Positions 1 through 16,509 of a stretch of DNA of 64,000 bases are shown here, piece after piece. Each line of letters opens with the position of its first letter. Positions within the stretch are counted from its first letter, which is position 1. Source of the stretch: Dictyostelium discoideum (Eukaryota). The position numbers and the translations under genes are program-made. The stretch covers positions 1,248,001 to 1,312,000 of the forward strand of contig CM000151.3 in assembly GCA_000004695.1 (NCBI GenBank), given 5' to 3'. The notes beneath the pieces are model-generated. The model was not told the origin of the DNA, did no database searches, and worked only from the letters and a program-made list of their open reading frames with translations.

Positions 1-2066
1 ATAATAATAATGTATCATCATCATCATCAATAACAATTACAAATACAACATTAGATAATAGTTTAGATTTAGTTACATCAGCAAGATCATTAAGATCAAG
101 TGCTACAGATAATTTATTCCAACCATGTCAAGTATTATGTAAATCTACAGATAATTTATTTAAACAACAAATTGAAAGTATAATAACAGAGACTAAATTA
201 GAAATGGATGAACCAAAACAATTTAAACTAACATTAAGAACTTATCAAAGACAAGCATTATATTGGATGCATCATAGAGAATTATCTGAACCAGAGGAAA
301 TCATTTCATTGGTTGATTTAGATGGTAGTAAAGATTTATCATTTGTAAAGGGTGGTTTATTATGTGATGATATGGGTATGGGTAAAACTATTGAAATCAT
401 TGCAACAATACTTGCAAATAAAAGTAATTATCCAATAAATAGCAGCAGTGATATTGAAAACAATAATAATAATAATAATAATTATAATAATAATAATAAT
501 AATACCAATCAAGTTCAACAATCAAATTGTACATTAATTGTTTGCCCAGTATCTGTATTACAACAATGGCATAGTGAAATTATTAATAATACAAATCCAA
601 GTTTAAATGTTTATATTTATCATGGTCCAAATAGAAATAGAGATAGGTCATTTTTAATGAAACATGATATTATTTTAACAACATATACTACTTTGGTTGC
701 TGAACATAATGACGATGTTATCATTAATTTAAATAATAATAACAATAATAATAATAATAATAACAATAATAATAACAATAATAATAATAATAATAATGGT
801 ATTCATCACTCTGCTGAACATAATAATTTTATTGATCCAAATAATTTCAATAATGAATCAAAATCAACACCTACATCACCAACACATCAATCACCTTTAA
901 TGTCATCATTTCCAATGCCATTATCACCAACTCAACAACAAATTCAATCAAAACATAAAAGGAAAAGGTTAGGAGATATTAATGAAAATGATGAAACAAT
1001 TAATAGTAATAATAATAATAATAGCAATAGTAATATAACAAGTAGTGGTATTCATAGTGTAAAATGGTTTAGAGTTGTTTTAGATGAAGCACATACAATT
1101 AAAGAAAGATCGACAAGAACATCGAAAGCAACCTATGCATTGGAATCTATAATTAGATGGTGTGTTACAGGTACACCAATTCAAAACAAATTGGACGATT
1201 TATTCTCCTTATTACATTTTTTACGTGTCGAACCATTCCATAATTATAGTTGGTGGAATCAATATATTTTAAAACCTTCAAAATTAAAAGATGATATTGG
1301 TTTCTCAAGATTAAGAGTAATAATTATTTTTTAAGCTTTTTAAAAAAATATATACACAAATTACTAATTCTCTTTTTTTTTTATTTTTTATTTTTTTATT
1401 ATTATAAAGGTTTTATTATCAAAAATATTATTAAGAAGATTAAAAGATCAAAAAATAAATAATACACCAATTTTGAAATTACCTGATAGAACAATTATGA
1501 TTAAAAGGGATATTTTCAGTGAAGAAGAAGAACAAATTTATCAAGATTTATGGAAAACTGCTAAAACTAAATTTAATAATTTATTTCAAAGTGGTTCACT
1601 TTTAAAAAATTATGCACATGTATTGGAAATGTTATTAAGATTAAGACAAGTTTGTGATCATCCTTATTTAGTTCAAAAGAAACAAGATAATAACAATGAT
1701 GATGCTGCTGATAATAATGATAATAATAGTTTAGATAGTGACAATGATGATAAAAATAAAATTCAAAATAATTTAAATCATGAATCTGATTGGTCAACAT
1801 TTTTAGATTTTATAAATTCAAAACCAAATCATTATAATCAATTTGAATTGGGTAAATGTTTAAAAAAAATACTTGGAAAGGGTATAAAAGATCAAGAATG
1901 TACCATATGTATGGAAACTTTAGAAAATCCTTCAATCACAACTTGTGGTCATTTCTTTTGTACTCTTTGTATTCAAAAGAATTTAATTGCTGATACAAAA
2001 TTAGTACCAACTATTAATAATACAAATAATAATAATAATAATAATAATACAAATAATAATAATGCA

Positions 2067-2147
<81 letters not shown>

Positions 2148-2657
2148 TTATCACCAACTGGAACATCACCAACACAATCAACAACATCACCAACATTTTC
2201 AATACCATCATTACCAATTCCAAATAAAACCAATTTATTATCATCAAGTGGTGGAGCAATGTTAATTAGTCCATCAAGATCACAAAGTGAATCACCAAGA
2301 TATAAAACCAACCATTTAAATCAATCGAGTAATTGTGTTTCAAATACACCAACACCACTACAATCACCACATTCAACTCCACATTCAACTCCACCAATGT
2401 CACCAAGAATTATTAAACCATCATCAACAAATCTAGTATCATTATCACCAAAGAGTAGTTATGAAAATGTACCAATTTCAAAGATTTTAAATAGTAGTGG
2501 TGGTGCTCAAAATTTAAATACAATTATTAATAATTTAAATACTGATCAAGAGAAAATATTTTTATGTCCAATTTGTAAACAATCAATTAAACAAAGTACA
2601 ATTAAACCAATTTCATTTAAATCTTCATCAAATAATAATATTAATAATAATAATAAC

Positions 2658-2689
<32 letters not shown>

Positions 2690-3311
2690 TAATAATAATA
2701 ATAATAACAATAATAATAATAATAACAATAATAATAATAACAATAATAATAATTTGATAAAAAAAAAGAATATTTTTAATTCAAATAATTGGAAAAGTAG
2801 TACAAAAATTGATTCGTTATTAGATGAATTGAATAAAGTTTTTAAAAATGAACCAGATTCAAAATGTTTAATTTTTTCACAATGGACATCAATGTTAGAT
2901 TTATTAGAGTATCCATTAAATTTGAATCAATTCCAATTCGTAAGATTAGATGGCAAAATTCCACAAAAACAAAGAGAAGTTGCAATTAAAAGATTTAAAG
3001 AAGAACCAAATGTTAAAATATTTTTAATATCAATAAAAGCAGGTGGTTTAGGTTTAAATTTAGTTGCTGCCTCACATGTATTCCTAATGGACCCATGGTG
3101 GAATCCCTCAACTGAAGAACAAGCAATTGATAGAGTTTATCGTATTGGTCAAAATAAAAATGTAAATGTAATTAGATTTTTAATCAAAGATTCAATTGAA
3201 GAAAGAATTTTAAATCTTCAAAAATCAAAAAAAGATTTAGCAAAGGAAGCTTTAAATACAATGAAAAAACAAACAAGAATTGAAGAATTAAAAATGTTAT
3301 TTGATGATTAA
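1..3311 (+). CDS. SNF2-family helicase with an embedded C3HC4 RING finger (Rad5/Rad16/HLTF-like), 5' partial. Exons 1..1316 and 1410..3311.
   Basis: The frame is open from the window edge. It contains LRTYQRQAL, a GMGKT P-loop, a DEAH box ([10 protein letters not shown]), a RING finger ([23 protein letters not shown]) placed between the helicase lobes, and helicase-C motifs ([24 protein letters not shown]). Intron 1317..1409 (GTAATA..AAAG) joins ..GFSRLR|[14 protein letters not shown] in phase 0. The ORF-track M at 1473 is a TTG. PolyN runs come from (AAT)n. Confidence 0.85.
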
Positions 3312-3604
3312 TTGAATTCCATCAATCGTGCCATCTACCAAAAAAAAAAAATTTTTTTTTTTTTTAATTCCTTTAAAAAAAAAGATACTTGTTTTATTAT
3401 TATAATTATTTAATAGATTTTTGTTTAATAAAAATTCTAGAATCTTATTTTTAAATTAATTTTTATTTTTATAAAAAATATTTTTTATTATTATCTTTTT
3501 TTTTTTCTTTCTTTTTTTTTTTTCTTGGTTTATTTTTTTTCTTTTCTTTTTTTTTTTTTTTTATTTGATTGAAATATTTATTTTATTGATGTGAATTTAT
3601 TTAT

Positions 3605-7395
<3,791 letters not shown>

Positions 7396-7769
7396 AGTTT
7401 AATTTTAAAGTTGTAATTATTTGTAAAAAAAATAAAAAAAAATTAAAAAAAATAAAAAAAAAAAAATAAAAAAAAATTAAAAAAATAAAAATAAAAAAAA
7501 TTAAAAAAAAAAAAAAAAAAAAATAAAAATAAAAAAAAAATAAAATTAAAAAAATAAATAAAAAAAATAAAAATATTGATCAATATTCACAAACACAAAA
7601 AAAATCATACTTGGAAAAAAAATAACAAATTCTTACACACACCTTTGTTCAATAGATTTTTTATTAGATCGGTATGAAATATAATTTAGAAATTATTTTT
7701 GAACACCACACAAGATAATAAAAATTAAAAAAAACCATTTAAATTAATTATTTATTTTATTTTATTTGG

Positions 7770-7800
<31 letters not shown>

Positions 7801-8466
7801 CTTTATCTGGAACGATGTTTTGCAAAGCAACATATCCCAATACACCTTTTTTAATTTTATTAATTCATTATCTTCCTTTTTTCCCATATTATTTAAATTT
7901 GATTATCTATTTAATGGGGAATTAGAATGAGATATTTCTTTTTTTATTTTTATCAATTCTAACTTTTTTAAAAAAAAAAAAATAAAAAATAAAAAAAAAT
8001 AAAAAAAGTAAATTTGTTAAAGAAAGAAACTTGTTTTATTTTATTTTTATTTATTTTAAAAAAATAAAATTAAGACTCTTAATTATTAAAATTAATATTA
8101 ATTTATTTATTTATTTACTTATTTATTTTTTTTTTATAATTTCTAACTGATGTAAAAATTAAATTGAATATTAAAAACCATTTACTATCATATTTCCATA
8201 TTTTATCCCTTTTAGGTTTGGCAATAAATAAAAGAAAAAAAAAAAAAATGAAAATCCATTTTTATTTTTTTTTTTTTTTATTTTTTTTTTTTTGATATAT
8301 TTTTTAACAAAATAAAAAAAAAAAAAAAAAAAAACTATTGAGGTTGTATTTTAAAAAATAACACATTTTATTTATTAATTTTTTTTTTTTTTTTTGTGTT
8401 ATTATTAATTATTTTTTATTTTGTTATTATTTTTTTTTTTTTTTTTTTTTTGATCCAAACCTTTGG

Positions 8467-8568
<102 letters not shown>

Positions 8569-8633
8569 CCAAAAAAAAAAAAAAAAAAAACTGTGAAGTG
8601 GCTCTTATTGTGCTAAAAAAAAANNNNNNNNNN

Positions 8634-8723
8634 NNNNNNNNNNNNNNNNNNNNNNNNNNNNNNNNNNNNNNNNNNNNNNNNNNNNNNNNNNNNNNNNNNN
8701 NNNNNNNNNNNNNNNNNNNNNNN
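8634..8723. other. Assembly gap (90 N) flanked by long poly(A) and poly(T) tracts
   Basis: Run of N characters. A50 and T30 homopolymers sit on both sides. Confidence 0.99.
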
Positions 8724-8811
8724 AACTCTCTCTTTTTTATATAGTGTAAACAATTTTTCAAAAAGTATATTAAAATAAAATAAAATAATATATTTCATAT
8801 TATAGCGGTTA

Positions 8812-8879
<68 letters not shown>

Positions 8880-8943
8880 AAAAAAAAAAAAAAATGAAAA
8901 CTAATATCTCTTAATTTGAAAAAAAAAAATATATATATACACA

Positions 8944-9057
8944 GAATCGAGATACTTGCATCATCAACCAAACATTTTCAATCAATATGTAGAAGACTAT
9001 ATAGAATATTTGCACATGCATTTTATCATCACAGAGAAGCTTATAATGAATATGAAG
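8944..9057 (+). CDS. Orphan internal exon of a MOB kinase activator (Mob1/phocein) family gene; partial, possibly a pseudogene fragment
   Basis: The translation IEILASSTKHFQSICRRLYRIFAHAFYHHREAYNEYE matches the conserved MOB core (..KTILKRLFRVYAHIYHQHFDSV..QEE). It is preceded by an ..ACACAG acceptor and followed by a GTAATA donor. The upstream exons would fall in or before the N gap. I found no downstream HLNTSFKHF-type exon in the 1 kb that follows. Confidence 0.5.
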
Positions 9058-9159
9058 TAATATTATTTTATTTTATTTTTTTTTATTTTATTATTATTTT
9101 ATTTTATTTTATTTTATTTTTGTTTCATTACTAACAATCAAAAATAATTATTTTTTTGG

Positions 9160-9205
<46 letters not shown>

Positions 9206-9401
9206 ACAATAACCAGAGTAAAACTTTATTACATAAAAGATTTGTAAAATTTTGTTTAAAGAATAGTTTATTACCAAAATCGGCAATCATTATAAAAGAA
9301 AATTAATTCAAAAAAATAAACCCTTTGTAAACTTAAATCATTAAAATAATAGCGCAATTTTAAATTTATATAACCATGTATCAATAAATATAAATAAATA
9401 A

Positions 9402-9435
<34 letters not shown>

Positions 9436-9581
9436 AATTATTTGTAAAAAAAAAAAAATCATTTGCCTAACCTTTTTTTAAAAATAAATGTATGTTTTTA
9501 TAACTTAATATTTTATTTTATTATTATATTATTTTTTTTTATTTTTTTTTTTTTTAAAATTAATAAAATGGATTCGAGTAT

Positions 9582-9622
<41 letters not shown>

Positions 9623-10762
9623 TAATTTAAATCTTAACAAATTCAAAATAAAAAAATAATTATGATTAAAAATAAAATGGGGAACTTGGTTTAAATTACA
9701 ATTTAAAAATTATAATAAGTTGAGAAAATAAAAAAAATAATTTGATTAAAAAAAAAAACAAAAACAATAAAATAAAACAAAACAAGAAATAATTTGATTA
9801 AAAAAAAAACAAAACAAAAACAAAAACAAAAACAAAATAAAATAAAAACAAAATAAAAAAAAAATAAAATAAAATAAAATAAAATAAAATAAAAAAAGAA
9901 AAAAATACATATGTATATACAATGTATATATCATATTTTATTATATTAAAAAAACAAAACAAAAACAAAATAAAATAAAATAAAATAAAAAAAGAAAAAA
10001 ATATATTGTATATCTCATTTTTTTAACAAATATGTTGCCTCTATCTCATTGTTTTGAAAATTTCGCGCAAACTAAAAAAAAAAAAAACCAAATTTTTTAT
10101 TTTTTTTTACATTGGAATGTAAAAGCTGTGTCAAAATTTTACATTTCCAGTGATAATTTTTTTTTTTTGGCATCACAATTTTTTTTTTACGGCGTCTCGG
10201 GCTGAAAAAAAAAAAAAAACATTTCAGAAGGGTCTTTTTCAATTTTCATAATACACGTATAATGTAATATTTCAATCTCTCATTTTTTTTTTTTCTAATT
10301 AAAAAAAAAAAAAAAAAAAAAAAGTAAAAAATAAATAAAAAAGAGAGAATAAGGTGAAGAAAAAAAAAGATTAATGGCAGCCACGAATATAATAAATAAA
10401 TAACAGTGATAAAAAAAATAATAAAAAAAAAATAATAAAAAAAAAAAACCGAGTTGAGAAACAGAAATGGTTTAAGTTAGCAAAAAAAAAAAAAAAAAAA
10501 AAAAACATATAGTAAAAAAAAAAAAAATAATAATAAAAAACAGACTCGACAGAAATAATAGAGAGAACACTTACAATTGGATAGGACAAAATATTTAAGA
10601 AAAAAAAAAATAGTATTATATGACTGATAGAGGAAAAAATACAAATAAAGAAACAACGAAACAGATCTATTATTTCCAACACAATCACCAACGTTGCTGC
10701 TGGGTTTTTTTTATTTTTTTTATCACTCTTTTCCATCAATTTTTTACTTTTTTTTATTTTTC

Positions 10763-10799
<37 letters not shown>

Positions 10800-10877
10800 A
10801 TTTCGAACCACCTTCTAATATTTTTTTTTTATTTTTTTTTTTACACAAATTCCCATCATCACAATAATAGAGAAAAT

Positions 10878-11135
10878 ATGGCTAGAGAATTATGGTTAAC
10901 TCACCCAAGAAACTTCGGTCCAGGTTCCCGTACCTGTCGTAAATGTGGCAACCATCACGGTATCATCAGAAAATACGACTTAAACATGTGCAGACGTTGT
11001 TTCCGTACCGACGCTGAAGCCATCGGTTTCAACAAAGTAAGTCTTTATATTATTTTTTTTTAAAAAAAAAAAGAAAACATTTAACTAATATATTTTTTTT
11101 AAATAAATCAATTTTAATAACTTTAGTACCGTTAA
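10878..11135 (+). CDS. rps29: 40S ribosomal protein S29, two exons: 10878..11036 and 11127..11135
   Basis: [53 protein letters not shown]|YR is 55 aa and carries the zinc-binding CxxC..CxxC of S29/S14. Intron 11037..11126 has a GTAAGT donor and a CTTTAG acceptor. The ATG has an A-rich context. Confidence 0.9.
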
Positions 11136-11237
11136 GCTCTATATAATTATTTTTTATTTAAATAAAAAGAAACGATTAGAAAAGCAATTTAGAAAAAAAA
11201 AAAAAAAAAAAAAAACCACTCTTTTTTTATATATTTT

Positions 11238-11360
11238 TTTATTCCTTTTTTTTTATTCTTTTTTTTTTATTCCTTTTTTTTATTCCTTTTTTTTATTCCT
11301 TTTTTTTTATTCCTTTTTTTTATTCCTTTTTATTCCTTTTTTTTTTATTCCTTTTTTTAT
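11238..11360. repeat. Tandem repeat of a roughly 16-17 nt unit (TTATTCC followed by T8-9) with about 9 copies, 3' of rps29
   Basis: Direct reading of 11221-11360. Confidence 0.8.
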
Positions 11361-11740
11361 GACGGAAGACCATTGTTTAAAATTTTTAATTTTTTTTTTT
11401 ATCCTTTTTTTTTTATTTTTTAAAAACGAGCAATGAACAAATAACTCTGTGATCAACCAACACTACTACAACAATCGCAACAAAACCAATTCGAATTCCG
11501 CTCAAACGATCAGCACCAACTTCAAAAACCATCGGTGCCAATTTCGAAACACATCATTTTTTTTTTTTTTTTTTCAACACTTTATATTTTTAACAAAAAA
11601 CAAAAACTTTAAAAAATAAAATTTAAAAATATAATTTTAAATAATCAAATAAAATAAATATATATACATATATATAATTTTAAATAATTAAATTATAATC
11701 AGAAATATACAAAGACTAAACTTTTATTTTTTTTGATAAA

Positions 11741-14700
11741 TTAATTAATTAAAACCAAAGAAAATGAAAATGATACACTAGTCAACACTAAACCTTGGCC
11801 AAAAAGCGACCCTAATTGCAGTAAATTTGAATTTGCAACAATGAAAATTATTAATTGTGCCAAATTAATATAGTTATTTAAATCTCTTGATGAGTTATTT
11901 GAGGAGGTGGCCAAGAAGAAATAAAAGGACATATAAACTATTTGAATTGAGGTATAATAGCAGTATAAAATTGTATTAAAGATATTGAGTTGAACATCAA
12001 AGGTATTACAAAAAGTTGAAATAAATGACCAAATCGATTTCCAATAATATACTTTTGAATTTGATTTTTCATTTATTCTCTTTTTTATTTTTTCTTTTAA
12101 AAATCTGGGGCACCATGTTTTTTCAATTATTGTCTTCTCTGAATCATTTATATTTTTTTTCCTATTTCTAATGCTATTATTATTTGCTATTAATGGTATT
12201 TTCTCGTAAATTTTAATTAAAACTATAGGCGTAATATCAGTTGAACCAATTAAAAATAATGAAATTATAATTGAAAACGATAAAAAGCTTTTGAAATTAT
12301 AATTTAAACCCTCCCATAGACAATAACCATCTAGCATGTCTACTGACATTCCGAATAATGGTAAAATGTAAATACCACTATATGAAAAGAATACTACTGA
12401 ATTAATTTGAAGGAATATTATAATTTGACTAATTGGTATTCTAAAACTATTATGTTTAATTAACGATAATACTAATGCAAATATTAAATGGAATACTAAA
12501 ATTGGTATTAAAAGTATTGGTTTGAAATGTGAGAAACATCTTATACCATTCTTTGTTTGGACTTTATTACCATATTCATCTTTACAGCCAAAGTATAAAT
12601 TACCAAAACTTGAATTTGATGTACAAAGATTATAAGAAAGACACATATCCAATGGACATTGTTCAACCATTGAAACATCATTATTACTAAGTAATAGCCA
12701 TCGATTGCAAATACAGTTGAGGTGAAACAATTCATTATATTTGTATTACATGGGTAGCACCGATTCAACGATTGGCTAAATGCATAATTATTTGGACGAT
12801 AATTACAGGTTTCATTAACCAAAGAGAGATATTGGTATGGTAAACAGCCATCAACATAGAAAATTTGTTCTAAATTTAATGTTGGATCTACATATTGCAC
12901 TAAATACATTTCACCTATATCACCTTTAAACTGATAAAGGAATGCCTTTACCTGCCATAATACTTAAAGAGAACTTGGTTGAACTATCTAAAAGTCTAGT
13001 AATACTAATATTTAATGGCATTGACAAAGACGCAAATGTATTATTAAAATAGTCAAAAAAATAAAATTCTACCAAAGTATCAACACCATTTATAACATTT
13101 ATACTATCATTTGAAAATATTGCTTTTTGTAATTCTTTTAATAAAAAAAAAAAAGAAAAATTAGTAATTTTATTTTATTATTATTGTTATTTATTATTTT
13201 TACATACCAGAAGAAAAATTAGGACCACATAAGGAGGTATTATTTTCAAAATTATTTAATTTTATTATTTGAAAATGAGAAATTTTCAGTGTAAATTACA
13301 CCGCCTTGTTGTGAACCAATATTTGAAGAGAATTTATTATTGATAAATTTAGAGATTGGATTTATGAAAGCATCATTTTTATTTGAATAAGCACCACCAA
13401 ATTGAAATACACCACCAAATTTCGCAATATTAAATGATGCAATTAAATCTGAAATTTTAAAATAATTAAAAGTAATTGAATTAAAAAATGATTAAGATTA
13501 GAATTTATTAAATTCATACTATCACCTAGATTCCAATAAATTTAGAATTTAACATTGTAATATTAGATTCAATAGTTTGAATAAAATAATATCGATTACC
13601 AATTATTTTTAATTATTAAATTTACAGATTGAAAATAAAAGAAATTTGATGATATTATATTATCAACAATAATTAATCTATTCATTGAAAGATTATTAAT
13701 TTCATTAAAAAATATTAATGATGAAGATGATATAGAAAATGGTGATGAGTTTTGATTAATTGTTACAATTTTATTATTTGTAAAATTAAAATTTGAAATT
13801 TTCATAAACACCATTAATCAAAATTAAATATTGAGTTAAATAATTATTAACCATGGAAATTGAATTTAAAATTATTTCATTACAATTTTCAATTGAAAAT
13901 AAATAGTCATATGGTATTTTATTATCATTATAAATTAAAGTATTTATATGTAAACTTTTATCATTTGAACTTTTTAAAAAGGAACCAACATTTTCATTAA
14001 GTTTTATAGAGTTAAATATTATTAAACTTGCATTTTCACTTATAATCATTGGTGAGAATGAATTATCAATGAAATTAGTTGAAATTATTTAAAAATGAAT
14101 TGATTGATTTCATTGAAAAAGTTGATAACCAAAACCATGAATATTTATAAATAATGAATTTGAAATTATTATAGAATCTGAATTAGATTGAAATAATCTA
14201 TATTGTGTAAAGAAATTTGTCATTACCAATTGATTTATAATTATATTTGAACCAAAACCATCTAAAAATACATCACCCAATGTATCGATTGTGCAAATAT
14301 CAATAGTAATATTTGATATGAAACTATCAATTAATGAAGTTGATGGTATATATGTTTGTTCAAAAGTACAATTATAAAAATCCAATGTTGAATGACCAAT
14401 AGTAAAAACAGGTACACTTAGAATTATACTTAGAATTCTTGTATTTACTAAAGTTATACTAGATCCATTTGTTGATACAACAATACCAGTACCCGAATAA
14501 CCAAATATACTATCAACAATATATAAATCACTAATGTTTTCAACCAAGAATGCTGTACTTTTTGTTGAACATGTTAATGGATCTAAAATGAAATCACATC
14601 TATCAATTACTAAAATACTCTCTTTAGTTAGAGTAAATAAAAATTGATTAAATGAAGCTGACATATTAACTATTAACAATTCAACTAATGCTCTTTCAAA

Positions 14701-16157
14701 TTGAAATGAACCAATACAACTTAATTCCATAAATGAAAAACTAACATTACTCTTTGATAAGTATTGATTATTAACATCATAAACATCATCAGCTGTTGCC
14801 ATTACAATCATTGAATAGAATTTATTATTCATTTCACATGTTGTAATTAATTCACTAATTGTTACATTTGAAACACCAGTCACATCAATTATTGAATCGA
14901 ATGTATTATCTTTGAATTTAATTTTATTAATTTCAATACTACCACCATCACTAAAACCTCCTTTTCTAGTTGATATTAATGAGTTTGATATACAATCTTC
15001 AATGAAAATTGAATTCATTATTATTTCAGAACCTTCACTTGAAATTACCATTGGATTTGAACTTCTGTAACCTTTTATTTTTACATTTTCAATTGATACA
15101 TATGAATACCGATAGGCTATAATTATAATTAATGGATCAACTGATTTGGAAAATGTAATGGTTGTATCTATAATTGATAAAAACAATTGATCATTAAATC
15201 AATATTTTTCTAAATAAAATAATTCATTTGTTAATAACTTTTCTATTGGTAAAGTTTGAGAAATCTCTGATTTTGAAACTAAAATAGTTGAACCTTTAGA
15301 ATCTACTGCTGAATCTCTTCATTTTGAATTGGGTAAAATTTAAATCAAATGAACCTAATGAAATTTCAGTTAGATCAAAAATACTATTATCACTAAATGA
15401 TACACCACAACCACTAATACAAATAATATTACTATTACTACTACTACTACTATTACTACTACTATTACTACTACTATTGCTACTACTATCACCGCTACTA
15501 CTATCACTATTTATTAAATTAAAAACAATTCCACCATTTATAAATGATGAGCCAATGAATCTAAATAAACTATTTGTTGCATTTAATTCACCAGTGAAAA
15601 CTGTAAATCTAAAGGTTGAGTTTACGAATACCATTGATGAATTATTTATATTATTTTCATTTTGACTTGGTATACCATAGCGAGTAGTTTATTATAATAT
15701 CATCATTAAAATTTGAAAAACTATTAATAGAATTAATTCCTGTCATATTCAATGTTATGGACCATTAATTATTAAATTTGTATTTTCAAGATTTAAAAAT
15801 AAATTTTCAATTATTGTTTGATTTTGATTAAAATTATACGGAGATATTGAAATATTATTAAAGTTTGAAATTGAGATTGATTGGCAAGTCAGATTATAAT
15901 TTCCATATCCAATATAAATTTTTATAATTGAATTCAAATTATTTTGATTAAAATTAATATTTTCATAATAATTATTATTAAAATTATAAAATGATTGTTG
16001 TAAAATATTATTTAATATACATAAATCTTGGAATGGATTGATTATTGTTCCATTGCTTTCATTATTACTATTAATAATTAATTGTGTTTTGGGAATGAAT
16101 TAAAATATAATTTATTTGAAAAAAGATAAAATAAATTAAAAAAGTTGGTCGTTTCAT
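11741..16157 (-). pseudogene. Degenerate tandem paralog of the downstream Pmp-like/Cys-rich multi-pass membrane gene. It has frameshifts and internal deletions.
   Basis: Seven or more ORF fragments in different frames (15755..15937, 15296..15634, 14110..15186, 13786..14049, 13596..13814, 12541..12909, 11741..12730) are collinear with the intact gene 16510..21657. The ATG at 16157 reads MKRPTFLIYFIFFQ.. and hits a stop after about 28 codons, and homology then resumes in another frame. Overlapping ORFs at 12541..12730 show a frameshift between ..AIDGYYLV and NNDVSMVEQCPLDMC, which is contiguous in the intact copy. The TM region has large deletions. Stretches such as FKPILLIPILVFHLIFALVLSLIKHNSFRIPISQIIIFLQINSVVFFSYSGIYILPLF are near-identical. 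Confidence 0.7.
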
Positions 16158-16509
16158 TATTACATTATTTAGATTTTGATTTATAAAAAAAAAAAAAAAA
16201 CTAGTAAAAAAAACGATTTTTTATTTAGATATTTTATTAAAAATCTTTTCTTTTTACAATTTTTTCATTTTTTTAAATAAAAAAAAGCAAAACAATCTTT
16301 TTTTTTCTGTGTCATTTTTACATTCTGATTATTATTTTTTTTAATTTTTTTTTTATTTATTTTTTTCTCTCCAATCATTTTTTTTTTTTTTTTATTTAAA
16401 ATATCAAAAAAAAAATTATCAAATATTTTAATATTATTAAAATACTTTCATTTTTTTACCATATTGTTTGGTTTTTTATATTTATTTTGAAATATTATTA
16501 TTACTATTA

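Noticed and set aside
1573-2743. PolyL, polyY and polyI ORFs on either strand within the SNF2 gene
   Set aside because: They are alternate-frame readings of (AAT)n repeats in a gene with strong in-frame SNF2 and RING motifs.
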